From assembly GCA_030612025.1 (NCBI GenBank), contig JAUWOR010000001.1, positions 32,001 to 96,000 of the forward strand: DNA of 64,000 bases. The letters run 5' to 3'. This stretch comes from Dehalococcoidia bacterium (GTDB lineage Bacteria; Chloroflexota; Dehalococcoidia; GIF9; AB-539-J10). The position numbers and the translations under genes are program-made. Below the pieces are notes generated by a model. That model made no database searches. It worked only from the letters and a program-made list of their open reading frames with translations, and had not been told where the DNA came from. Of this stretch, positions 48,618 through 56,985 are shown piece by piece (positions within the stretch are counted from its first letter, which is position 1; each line of letters begins with the position of its first letter).

Positions 48618-48974
48618 TGCACACCTCCTTTAGCTATGGATAATCTTACCTTGTTTGGTTACAGTCTCCACCAGCTCAAGCCCTTTACCAAATAGTTACC
48701 TGAGACTATCAAGAGCAGCAACACTATATACAAGGTTTTACCTTGGCTACTATACACCGAAAAAATATTTTAATCAATTTCAGTGCTAAAAACACTTGTA
48801 TAGCAAACAATATCTATCTCGAAGTAGCCCGATGAGCATGCTCTATGGGGAAAATGCTTCGTTCTGGGTCGCCCCATAGGTCTGGCAAACATCAAGGCAA
48901 AGACCACACCCATCACAAGAATCTATCTGGGCGATTGCTTCCTTCGCTTCCATGTTTCCACTATACTATCAACC

Positions 48975-50006
48975 ATGGCACTTAAGGCGATAGAATGGCT
49001 TGATGACAAGCTGAGAATACTAGACCAGAGCAAGCTCCCTTGGGAGCAAAGCTTTGTTGACCTGGCCAATTACCAGGACGTGGCTCTGGCTATCAAGGAG
49101 ATGCGAATTCGTGGGGCGCCAGCCATTGGAGTTGCTGCTGCTTATGGAATTGCCCTCGGGGCACAAGATATAAAAACGACTGATAAAGATAACTTTCTAA
49201 ACCAATTAAATCAAGTTATGCAAACTTTGGCCACTACCAGACCTACTGCTGTCAATCTTTTCCAAGCTATCAATAGGATGAGGAAGATAACTACCATAGG
49301 CGGCAATATCCCTGAAATAAAGGAGGCTCTTATAGCCCAGGCAAAGCAAATTCACCAAGAAGAAATAGAAGCAACTAAACGACTCAGCCAACTGGGAGCC
49401 GAACTTATCCCAGATGGCTTCACCATCCTTACTCATTGTAATGCTGGCTCTTTAGCCACCGCTGGCTATGGCACTGCCCTGGGGGTAATCAAAACCGCTA
49501 AGGAGCAAGGAAAGAGAGTAAGCGTTATCGTCACAGAAACTCGCCCCCTTCTCCAGGGAGCCAGACTCACCACCTGGGAATTGAAGCAAGAAGGTATCCC
49601 GGTAACCTTGATCACTGATTCCATGGCTGGCTATTTTATGCACCAGAACAAAATAGACTGCGTCATTGTCGGAGCTGACAGAATTGCCGCCAACGGCGAT
49701 GTCGCCAATAAGATCGGCACCTACACCCTGGCTGTGCTAGCTAAAGAGAACGATCTCCCATTTTATGTCGCTGCCCCGACCTCTACCATCGACCTCTCCC
49801 TACCTTCAGGAGCAGAAATCCCCATTGAAGAGCGCGAGCCTGACGAGGTAACTCATATCCAGGGAGTGCCCATTGCCCCGAAAGGAATAAAGGTGGCCAA
49901 CCCCGCCTTTGATGTAACGCCCCATAATTATATAACCCTCATCATCACCGAAAGGGGTATAATAAAAGAGCCTTATATAGAGCGGCTGAGGGAAATAGCC
50001 ACTTAA
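48975..50006 (+). CDS. mtnA: S-methyl-5-thioribose-1-phosphate isomerase
   Basis: RGAPAIG, RPTAVNL, THCNAGSLAT, ETRP.LQGARLT, ANKIGT, NPAFDVTP. Confidence 0.96.
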   Translation: MALKAIEWLDDKLRILDQSKLPWEQSFVDLANYQDVALAIKEMRIRGAPAIGVAAAYGIALGAQDIKTTDKDNFLNQLNQVMQTLATTRPTAVNLFQAINRMRKITTIGGNIPEIKEALIAQAKQIHQEEIEATKRLSQLGAELIPDGFTILTHCNAGSLATAGYGTALGVIKTAKEQGKRVSVIVTETRPLLQGARLTTWELKQEGIPVTLITDSMAGYFMHQNKIDCVIVGADRIAANGDVANKIGTYTLAVLAKENDLPFYVAAPTSTIDLSLPSGAEIPIEEREPDEVTHIQGVPIAPKGIKVANPAFDVTPHNYITLIITERGIIKEPYIERLREIAT

Positions 50007-50015
50007 AGTAGTCTC

Positions 50016-50148
50016 GAGGGTGTTTAAAAACGTAGTTGCCCAATTTATTGGGCGACTGTGCCTGATAAATCAGGCAACTACAAACGTTTGGGGGTGAAAC
50101 ACCTCCGAGATGGCTGAAATTGAACGGGGAATCGAAATTAAACGGCCT
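50016..50148 (+). mobile_element. MITE-like element with REPIN core B
   Basis: GAGGGTGTTTAA...TTAAACGGCCT ends; core GTAGTTGCCCAATTTATTGGGC-GACTGT-GCCTGATAAATCAGGCAACTAC. Confidence 0.85.
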
Positions 50149-50171
50149 GAAGATAGTGAGGAGGTAGTAAA

Positions 50172-50384
50172 ATGCCCACATATGAGTATTGGTGTCCAAA
50201 ATGCCAGAAGGAGTTTGAGGTTAAAAGACCGATAGCTGATTTTGACAAGCCTGCTCCTTGCCCCGATTGCGGCACCAAGGGAGAAAAACTGATTTCCACC
50301 TTCGCCTCGAAAACTGGCTATACCTTGCAAGTGCCGGCGAAGCCGCCTTTCCGAAAGAAGGGCAGCGGCAGTTTTAAAATGTAG
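50172..50384 (+). CDS. FmdB family zinc-ribbon protein
   Basis: MPTYEYWCPKC...CPDCG. Confidence 0.9.
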   Translation: MPTYEYWCPKCQKEFEVKRPIADFDKPAPCPDCGTKGEKLISTFASKTGYTLQVPAKPPFRKKGSGSFKM

Positions 50385-50449
50385 TGCGAGGCTTTAGCCT
50401 CGTGCACGACCCTAAAGGGTCGCACTACTGGGGCAAAATTAAACGGCCT
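50365..50449 (+). mobile_element. Short MITE-like element with REPIN core A; supplies the FmdB stop codon
   Basis: TTTTAAAAT-core A-GGCAAAATTAAACGGCCT. Confidence 0.8.
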
Positions 50450-50466
50450 AAGGGCAGCTAAAGGGG

Positions 50467-51063
50467 GTGACAGATATGGAGCTTTCTCCGCTGGCAAGGG
50501 AAAGACTGGCTAGGATAGGTGCTCTATCGCCAGAGGAAAAAGAGAGGATGAGGCGGTCAAGCGAACTTGACTCTTTGCTCTCCCAATACTTCAAAGGCGA
50601 TGTAAGCTCCGAGGACCTATGGATAGAGCTGAAATCCCTTAAGGAGCAGTGCAGTGAATCTATCGTAAAAGAGGCCCAGATCAAGCTGGTAGATACGCTT
50701 CGTTTGCAAATGAGTCAGGAGGATTTTGAGCAACGCCGCAGCGCTATTCTAGCTATAGAGACGATGAAACATGAAGGAAAATACTCCAGCCTAGAGCTGG
50801 TCCTGAATTCGATTGAAGCCCTGCGTCAGAAATACACCCAGACCAAAGAGCAAGCATACGAGCAGCTCAAAGCAAGCATAGAACCTCAGTTCAAGGCAAT
50901 AACTGAACAGGCGATAAAGCAAGGTTTGAAGATTGACATTGAGAGCTCATTGGAGGCCAACATCAAAAACAGCCCGCAATGGAAGGACTTCATCTCCAAG
51001 CACGAGAGAACCGCTGGGGGAATGTTTAATAGCTATGCGAACAGGCTACGGGAGCTTATTTAA
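50467..51063 (+). CDS. Hypothetical helical protein
   Basis: 198-aa ORF with RBS-like AAAGGGGG. Confidence 0.7.
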   Translation: MTDMELSPLARERLARIGALSPEEKERMRRSSELDSLLSQYFKGDVSSEDLWIELKSLKEQCSESIVKEAQIKLVDTLRLQMSQEDFEQRRSAILAIETMKHEGKYSSLELVLNSIEALRQKYTQTKEQAYEQLKASIEPQFKAITEQAIKQGLKIDIESSLEANIKNSPQWKDFISKHERTAGGMFNSYANRLRELI

Positions 51064-51127
51064 ACAGGCGTGATGGAACTCAGATGCAAGCAACATTTTT
51101 GAATTGCCACAGTTCGCCACTCGATAT

Positions 51128-51243
51128 CGTCATTGCGAGCCCTTCGCTTCTTGTCATTCTGAGGGGTGAGCCGAAGCCTTGAGTATAGCGAAGGGAAAGC
51201 GACCGAAGAATCTCGCTCAGGACAGGCTCCGCAAAGCAATCTC
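51128..51243. repeat. Nested TGTCA-type REP (family C)
   Basis: Inner part nearly identical to about 10657-10753. Confidence 0.8.
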
Positions 51244-51367
51244 GGAATCAAGGACAAGAGGATTAGCTTATCTCGCCAAGACTAAAGTCCTCAGCACACT
51301 TTCACCATAAAGCCTCCTGTAAGTATTTGATAAGTCAACATTAATCCAGTATAATCTTTATAAACCA

Positions 51368-51500
51368 GAGCCTGTTTAAAAATGTAGTTGCCCAATTTAT
51401 TGGGCTATTGTGCCTGATGAATCAGGCAACTACGAAAATTTGGGGGTGAAAACTCTCCAAAATGCCCAAAATTGAACGAGCAATCAAAATTAAACAGCCT
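51368..51500 (+). mobile_element. MITE-like element with REPIN core B
   Basis: GAGCCTGTTTAA...TTAAACAGCCT. Confidence 0.85.
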
Positions 51501-51525
51501 AAAGAACAATAAAGGGGGGTGAGTA

Positions 51526-51804
51526 ATGGACAAGCTGTTAACTGTGGATGAAGTTGCTGAATACCTCAGGCTTAACCGAGAGACTGTTCTGCGCAAAGCT
51601 AGAAAGGGTGAAATCCCGGCAATTAAGATGGGCTATAGAAGCTATCGATTTCACCGAAACCAGATTGATGAATGGTTAAAGGCGAAGGCAGAAACAAAAA
51701 AAGTTAAGCCTCAATCCAAGGAAGTTAAGAAGATTAATTTGAAGACTTACCCTCTGGGGATTATAGGCGGATTAAGTCGAAGAGATATTTATGAAGGCAG
51801 ATGA
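51526..51804 (+). CDS. Excisionase-like HTH protein, probable antitoxin
   Basis: LLTVDEVAEYL...GEIPAIKMG; C-terminal LSRRDIYE antitoxin-like tail; overlaps the PIN gene. Confidence 0.8.
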   Translation: MDKLLTVDEVAEYLRLNRETVLRKARKGEIPAIKMGYRSYRFHRNQIDEWLKAKAETKKVKPQSKEVKKINLKTYPLGIIGGLSRRDIYEGR

Positions 51805-52246
51805 AATAGCCTTTATAGACACCAATATCCTAGTTTATGCATTAGATACGGAAAGTCCTTTCCACCTTAAAGCAATAGATTTTGTGAATAGAACTACCCA
51901 TGGCGAGTTGAAGATGGGAATTTGCCCTCAGGTGGTGGGGGAGTTATACGCCACGATAACAAATCCAAAGAAGGCATCTCACCCCCTATCACCAAGTGAA
52001 GCAATAGATGCCATCACACCCATCTGGGAAGCAGCAAACACTCAAAGAATATTTCCCAAGCAGGAGACCCTTGAGCTAACCCTCGACCTGGTCAAACGTT
52101 ACCAGTTGAAATCCCTGGACTTCTTTGATGCTCAGATAGTAGCCACCATGCTGGATAACGGGATAAGCACCATTTATACTGTGAATGAGCAAGACTTTGC
52201 TATATTTGAGGAGATAAAAGCAGTCAATCCATTTAAGCAGGCATAA
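51791..52246 (+). CDS. PIN/VapC toxin
   Basis: FIDTNILVYA, E, FDAQIVATM, N..DF. Confidence 0.9.
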   Translation: MKADEIAFIDTNILVYALDTESPFHLKAIDFVNRTTHGELKMGICPQVVGELYATITNPKKASHPLSPSEAIDAITPIWEAANTQRIFPKQETLELTLDLVKRYQLKSLDFFDAQIVATMLDNGISTIYTVNEQDFAIFEEIKAVNPFKQA

Positions 52247-52381
52247 CGAAACCCGCTTGGAGTAATGCCTTTTGAATTGCTCTAGATTGCGACCTAGTAC
52301 TGTCATTGCGAGCGGAGCGAAGCAATCTCGTGATTAAAGGGCAAGATAATATCTCTGTGTGGTGATAAAATATCCTCAAGG

Positions 52382-52690
52382 ATGAATAGCAAATCTCAAA
52401 GGTGGCAGCACCCCGGTGGTAAACTCCGCGAGCTTGGTGCAGAAAGTCTCTCCGACGCTGAGCTTTTAGCCTGCTTAATTTCTACCGGCATCCCGGGCAA
52501 GCCAGCGGAAAAGATTGCTGAGGAGATTTTGCAAAGGTTCGGCGGCTTCAAAGGAATGGCAAACCAGCCCTTAGAAAAGCTCCTGGATATCAAGGGACTT
52601 GGTGATACTAAGATCATCCGCATTGCCGCTGCCTTCGAAATCGCCCGACGCATTGTGAATGAGGTATTAAAGGAGCATGAGAACACTTAA
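52382..52690 (+). CDS. RadC/UPF0758 N-terminal HhH domain protein (no JAB domain)
   Basis: P..KL...GAESLSDAELLA, IKGLG..K...I.AAFEIARR. Confidence 0.85.
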   Translation: MNSKSQRWQHPGGKLRELGAESLSDAELLACLISTGIPGKPAEKIAEEILQRFGGFKGMANQPLEKLLDIKGLGDTKIIRIAAAFEIARRIVNEVLKEHENT

Positions 52691-53063
52691 TATAACCGAA
52701 CACGAACCTGGCAAGGACCTTGAAACAATTGCTTTAACAAAGCGAGAAAGGGAAGCCTTGAGAAACTTTGTGAAAAGGGTTCGCCAGAGCTTAGGAGAAA
52801 ACCTCGTCAACATCATCCTCTTTGGTTCTAAAGCAAGAGGAGAGGCGAAAAGGGGCTCCGACATTGACCTACTGGTGATAGTGCAGGAACGAAATCTGCC
52901 TACAGAAAAAATGGTTATAGCGCAGATTACTGAAACTGAACTCCACTACAATATTTACCGCCTTTCTCCCATAATCTATTCCGTCCGGGATTATGAGGAA
53001 CGCAAGAAGATAGGGACTCCCTTCATTTCAGAAATAGAAAGCGCTGGTGTGACGTTGGAATGA
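52677..53063 (+). CDS. Minimal nucleotidyltransferase (MNT)
   Basis: LFGSKARG...SDIDLL. Confidence 0.9.
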   Translation: MRTLNITEHEPGKDLETIALTKREREALRNFVKRVRQSLGENLVNIILFGSKARGEAKRGSDIDLLVIVQERNLPTEKMVIAQITETELHYNIYRLSPIIYSVRDYEERKKIGTPFISEIESAGVTLE

Positions 53064-53461
53064 ACACGAAAGAACTTATAACCAGGCGACTCAGCAGAGC
53101 CTATAAAAACTTGGAGGTGGCGAGGTCACTCCTTGCCGATGAGTTTTACGAGGATTCTGTTTCCAAGTCCTATTATGCCATCTTTTTCGCCGCAAAGGCT
53201 CTTCTCCTTACTAAAAATTTAGATCCTAAGAGACACTCAGGGGTTATTTCCTTCTTTAGCCAGTATTTTGTCAAAACCGGAGAGCTAGAAAAAGAGCTTG
53301 CTGCTATTCTTAAATTTGCGCAAAAGGAAAGGATAAGTGCCGATTACGACGAATTCTATTCTGCTTCAGTTGAAGAAGCAAAGATCCAATTGGAAAACGC
53401 CGAGAGGTTTCTACAACGGGTGAAAGAGATACTGCAAGAAAAAGGTTTTCCATACCCATGA
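53060..53461 (+). CDS. HEPN domain protein
   Basis: YYAIF, RHSG, RISADY. Confidence 0.9.
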   Translation: MNTKELITRRLSRAYKNLEVARSLLADEFYEDSVSKSYYAIFFAAKALLLTKNLDPKRHSGVISFFSQYFVKTGELEKELAAILKFAQKERISADYDEFYSASVEEAKIQLENAERFLQRVKEILQEKGFPYP

Positions 53462-56400
53462 AAAAGTCTAAGCTTAGTGAAAAACCATCACGAACCCCTG
53501 ACCTCTTTGAAGCCCAAAGAGTCTCAATCCTTAAGGATTACACTGAAGAGGTTTCTCGCTTGGGCTCAGAGTCAGCCAAAACCCAGAGGTTTCTCATACT
53601 CCTGAAAGACATATTTGGAGATGTGAACACCCGGTTCGTTGAGGATTACCTCCGCGGTGTCGAGAAATATGTGAAGAGCAAGGGAAAAGATATCGTGCTA
53701 AAAGGAAAAGTGGATAACCTCTATGGAAATCTCGTGATTGAATTTGAGAGGGATTTGAATAAGACACTCCCGGAAGCCAAAGAGCAGCTTCAAAGATATA
53801 TCGCTTGTCTTTGGTCTGAGGAAGCGGAAAGGAAGATAAACTACCTCTGCCTGGCAGCAGATGGGATAAACTTCCAAGTTTTCTCCCCTAAAACCGAAAA
53901 ACCTTTAACTGAGCCCTTACTCCCAAAAGACATCCTGCTGGAAAAGATTGACGAGCTCAAACTACCAACCCCAGAGCCTTACCAGGCATATTTCTGGCTG
54001 GATAGGTATCTCTTTAGAGAAAGAATCCTCCCGCCACGAACTGAGGAATTTGAACGAGACTTCGGCATGCGCAGCCCTGCCTTCCTCTTCTCCTTCCGAT
54101 TACTGAAGGAAGCGCTAAAGCAGGTGGAAGATAGAAGCGATTTCCAGGTCATCTATGAAAACTGGGAGAGATACCTCCGTGTTACCTACGGAAGCGTCAT
54201 TGGAAGTAAAGACCTCTTCCTCAGGCATACCTATTTGGCAACACTGGCAAAGTTGATTGCCTGGGCGCGACTTACTGAAAAGAGCCTAACTCCTCCAAGC
54301 GAGGAAATACTAAGCATACTGAACGGAGAGTTCTTCCGAGGACAGCGCATCGCCAATTTCCTTGAGGAAGATTTCTTCTCCTGGGTCACCCGGGAAGGTG
54401 CTGAGGCTATCGGGCTTGATATATCTAAAAAGCTCCTGAGCCTGCTCTTAAGATACAACCTGAAGGAGCTTTCCGAAGATGTCCTCAAGGCACTCTATCA
54501 GGAACTAGTTGACCCTGAAGCGCGTCACGATTTGGGAGAATATTACACTCCAGACTGGCTTGCCCATCGCATGGTGGAGAAGATCCTAGCTGAGAATCCC
54601 CGATACTCTGTTCTTGACCCTGCCTGTGGCTCGGGAACTTTCCTTTATATGACCATAAAGCAAAAGAGGAATATTTTGGGGAATTCCAGGGAAACGTTGG
54701 AGCATATCCTGGAAAATGTAGTAGGCATAGATATTCATCCCTTGGCAGTAATCATCTCCAAAACAAATTACCTGCTTGCCTTAGGCGACCTCTTCAAGAA
54801 GAGAAGAAAAGCCATCTCGCTTCCCCTCTATCTTGCCGATTCCATAAAACTTCCCCAAATGCAGGGGCAAATGGAGATGGGCGCATTGCTGCCCGGCTTC
54901 AAGTTAGAGATTGACGGCAAGCGAATCATAATCCCTGAAGTCCTCATCCATGACCCTCAGCTTTACGATGAAGCCATCGAGGTATCAAAGGAGTTCGCCC
55001 GGGATTTTGCTGGCAGGAAGGGAGAAGACAAGATCACATTTCTCAACTTTTTGGGGAAAGCATCCCCAAAAATAGCTTCCGATAAGGCTCTTTCCCTCGC
55101 CCTTTATAGTCTGGCTGTGGCAATGAAAGAACTCATAGAAGAAAGGCGAGACACCATCTGGGCTTTCATTCTCAAGAACCTGTATAAACCTTTGTTTCTC
55201 AAGGGAAATTTCGATGTGGTCTTGGGCAATCCTCCCTGGCTCTCTTACCGTTATGTGGAGAAGGGTGAATACCAGAAATTTCTCAAGCGGCAAATTGTGG
55301 AGGAATATACACTTCTCTCTGGCAAAGCAGAACTAATAACGCATATGGAACTGGCAACGCTTTTCTTCCTTAGAGCCGCTGACCTTTACCTTAAAGAGGG
55401 GGGAACTATCGGTTTCATTTTGCCCAGAAGCGTGTTCTCTGCTGACCAGCATTATAATTTCCGCCGTTCCTATTTTTCTCTCGACCTTGGCTTTGACAAT
55501 GTTTGGGACTTGGAAGAGGTAGAACCGTTGTTCAACGTTCCCGCCTGTGTCTTCTTCGGCAAAAAAGGAATTAAGACGAGATCCCCTTTGAAATGCCAGC
55601 GCTTCTCTGGAAAGATGGAACGTAAAAATTCTTCTTTGGAAGAGGCGGAACAGGCACTTACCGTTACTCCAGAGGAACTCTTTGTCACCCAGGTGGGGAA
55701 GCGGAGCTTTTTCACCACCTCCAAGAGAAAGCCCACCATCTCTGTGAGAAGTTTTTACCAACCTTATTTCAAGCAAGGTGCAACTATTGTTCCGCGCTCT
55801 CTCTGGTTTGTAGATGTAAAGTCACACCCTGTTTTTGGTTTCGACCCCTCGTTGCCTTATGTTTCCACCACAGAAAGAGCTCAAAAAGAGGCTAAGACAG
55901 CATATAAGGGTTTGAGGTTAGAAGGGAACATCGAGAAAGATTTTCTTTATGCCACTTTGTTATCCACTGACATTGTTCCCTTCGGCCATCTGGATTTCAG
56001 GCTGGTAGTTTTACCCCTCTTGCTTTCAGGCAAGCATTTCAAAGTTCTTAGTGCTGACGAAGCCCGTAACCAGGGATTTCTAAACCTGGCGAACTGGCTG
56101 GAAGAAGCTCAGTCCGAATGGAAGGAACGCCGGGGAGAAAAAGCAGAGAGAATGGATGTTCAAGAGTGGCTTGATTATAGAAGAAAGTTATCAGGTCAGA
56201 AAAGAGCACAATATAAAGTCCTTTATCCTACCTCTGCTACCTATCTGTGTGGCTGCGTGGTGGAGGACAAACCCATCAGCATTGAGGTGGAGGGACAGAG
56301 CGTTGAAATACAGGGGTTTGTGGCTGAATCGAAAGAGTACTATTTTGATACCGATATTAAGGAAGAAGCCCACTATTTAGCCGCAGTTCTCAACTCCCCC

Positions 56401-56727
56401 CTCGTGGACAAACTCTTGAAACCTATGCAGAGCCGTGGATTGTGGGGGCCCAGGGATATTCACAAAAAAGTTTTAGAAATTCCTATCCCTCAATACAATT
56501 CATCGGATGAAAATCACAAGGCGCTCTCCCAACTTGGCGAGCAATGCACCCAAAAGGTGGAGCACCTGCTCCCACAACTGGCAAAATCCCGCAGCATCGG
56601 CCACACCCGCAGACTAATAAAAGCCGAGTTAAAAGAGGAGCTCGCACAGATAGACAAGCTTGCGAAGCAAATCCTCCGTTCCAGCGAGGGTAGCAGGCAT
56701 GCTGCAAGTCAAAGGAGGGAGGTGTAA
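53458..56727 (+). CDS. Type IIG restriction-modification enzyme (fused nuclease, N6-adenine methyltransferase, TRD)
   Basis: N-terminal D...IEFE nuclease-like motif, GEYYTP, VLDPACGSGTF, GNPPW. Confidence 0.88.
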   Translation: MKKSKLSEKPSRTPDLFEAQRVSILKDYTEEVSRLGSESAKTQRFLILLKDIFGDVNTRFVEDYLRGVEKYVKSKGKDIVLKGKVDNLYGNLVIEFERDLNKTLPEAKEQLQRYIACLWSEEAERKINYLCLAADGINFQVFSPKTEKPLTEPLLPKDILLEKIDELKLPTPEPYQAYFWLDRYLFRERILPPRTEEFERDFGMRSPAFLFSFRLLKEALKQVEDRSDFQVIYENWERYLRVTYGSVIGSKDLFLRHTYLATLAKLIAWARLTEKSLTPPSEEILSILNGEFFRGQRIANFLEEDFFSWVTREGAEAIGLDISKKLLSLLLRYNLKELSEDVLKALYQELVDPEARHDLGEYYTPDWLAHRMVEKILAENPRYSVLDPACGSGTFLYMTIKQKRNILGNSRETLEHILENVVGIDIHPLAVIISKTNYLLALGDLFKKRRKAISLPLYLADSIKLPQMQGQMEMGALLPGFKLEIDGKRIIIPEVLIHDPQLYDEAIEVSKEFARDFAGRKGEDKITFLNFLGKASPKIASDKALSLALYSLAVAMKELIEERRDTIWAFILKNLYKPLFLKGNFDVVLGNPPWLSYRYVEKGEYQKFLKRQIVEEYTLLSGKAELITHMELATLFFLRAADLYLKEGGTIGFILPRSVFSADQHYNFRRSYFSLDLGFDNVWDLEEVEPLFNVPACVFFGKKGIKTRSPLKCQRFSGKMERKNSSLEEAEQALTVTPEELFVTQVGKRSFFTTSKRKPTISVRSFYQPYFKQGATIVPRSLWFVDVKSHPVFGFDPSLPYVSTTERAQKEAKTAYKGLRLEGNIEKDFLYATLLSTDIVPFGHLDFRLVVLPLLLSGKHFKVLSADEARNQGFLNLANWLEEAQSEWKERRGEKAERMDVQEWLDYRRKLSGQKRAQYKVLYPTSATYLCGCVVEDKPISIEVEGQSVEIQGFVAESKEYYFDTDIKEEAHYLAAVLNSPLVDKLLKPMQSRGLWGPRDIHKKVLEIPIPQYNSSDENHKALSQLGEQCTQKVEHLLPQLAKSRSIGHTRRLIKAELKEELAQIDKLAKQILRSSEGSRHAASQRREV

Positions 56728-56730
56728 GTT

Positions 56731-56970
56731 ATGGATATTATTCAAACCATCCGGGAGGGCGGAAGGACCCTGACTACTGTCCAAATTCAATATATTGACT
56801 CGAAGAGACAAACGACCATTAGAGAAACAGAACCCTACGAAATCAAAGAAGGAAAGTACTGGGGCTATTGCTATGTTCGCGGGGAAATCAGACAATTCAA
56901 GTTAGAGAATATTATTTCAGCGAGTTTGACCAGTCGAAAGTATAGCCCGCGTTTCCCGGTAAAACTGTGA
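56731..56970 (+). CDS. Stand-alone WYL domain protein
   Basis: IQY...T.R..EPY, WGYC..R.EIRQFKL..I. Confidence 0.8.
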   Translation: MDIIQTIREGGRTLTTVQIQYIDSKRQTTIRETEPYEIKEGKYWGYCYVRGEIRQFKLENIISASLTSRKYSPRFPVKL

Positions 56971-56985
56971 TGAGAGTCTGCTAGG

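Noticed and set aside
48700-48730. SAM-I riboswitch-like ACTATCAAGAG upstream of mtnA
   Set aside because: No downstream SAM-I core motifs; lies in the leader of the opposite-strand gene.
51526-51804. Prophage or ICE signalled by the excisionase-like HTH
   Set aside because: No integrase, phage or conjugation genes; it is coupled to a PIN gene like an antitoxin.
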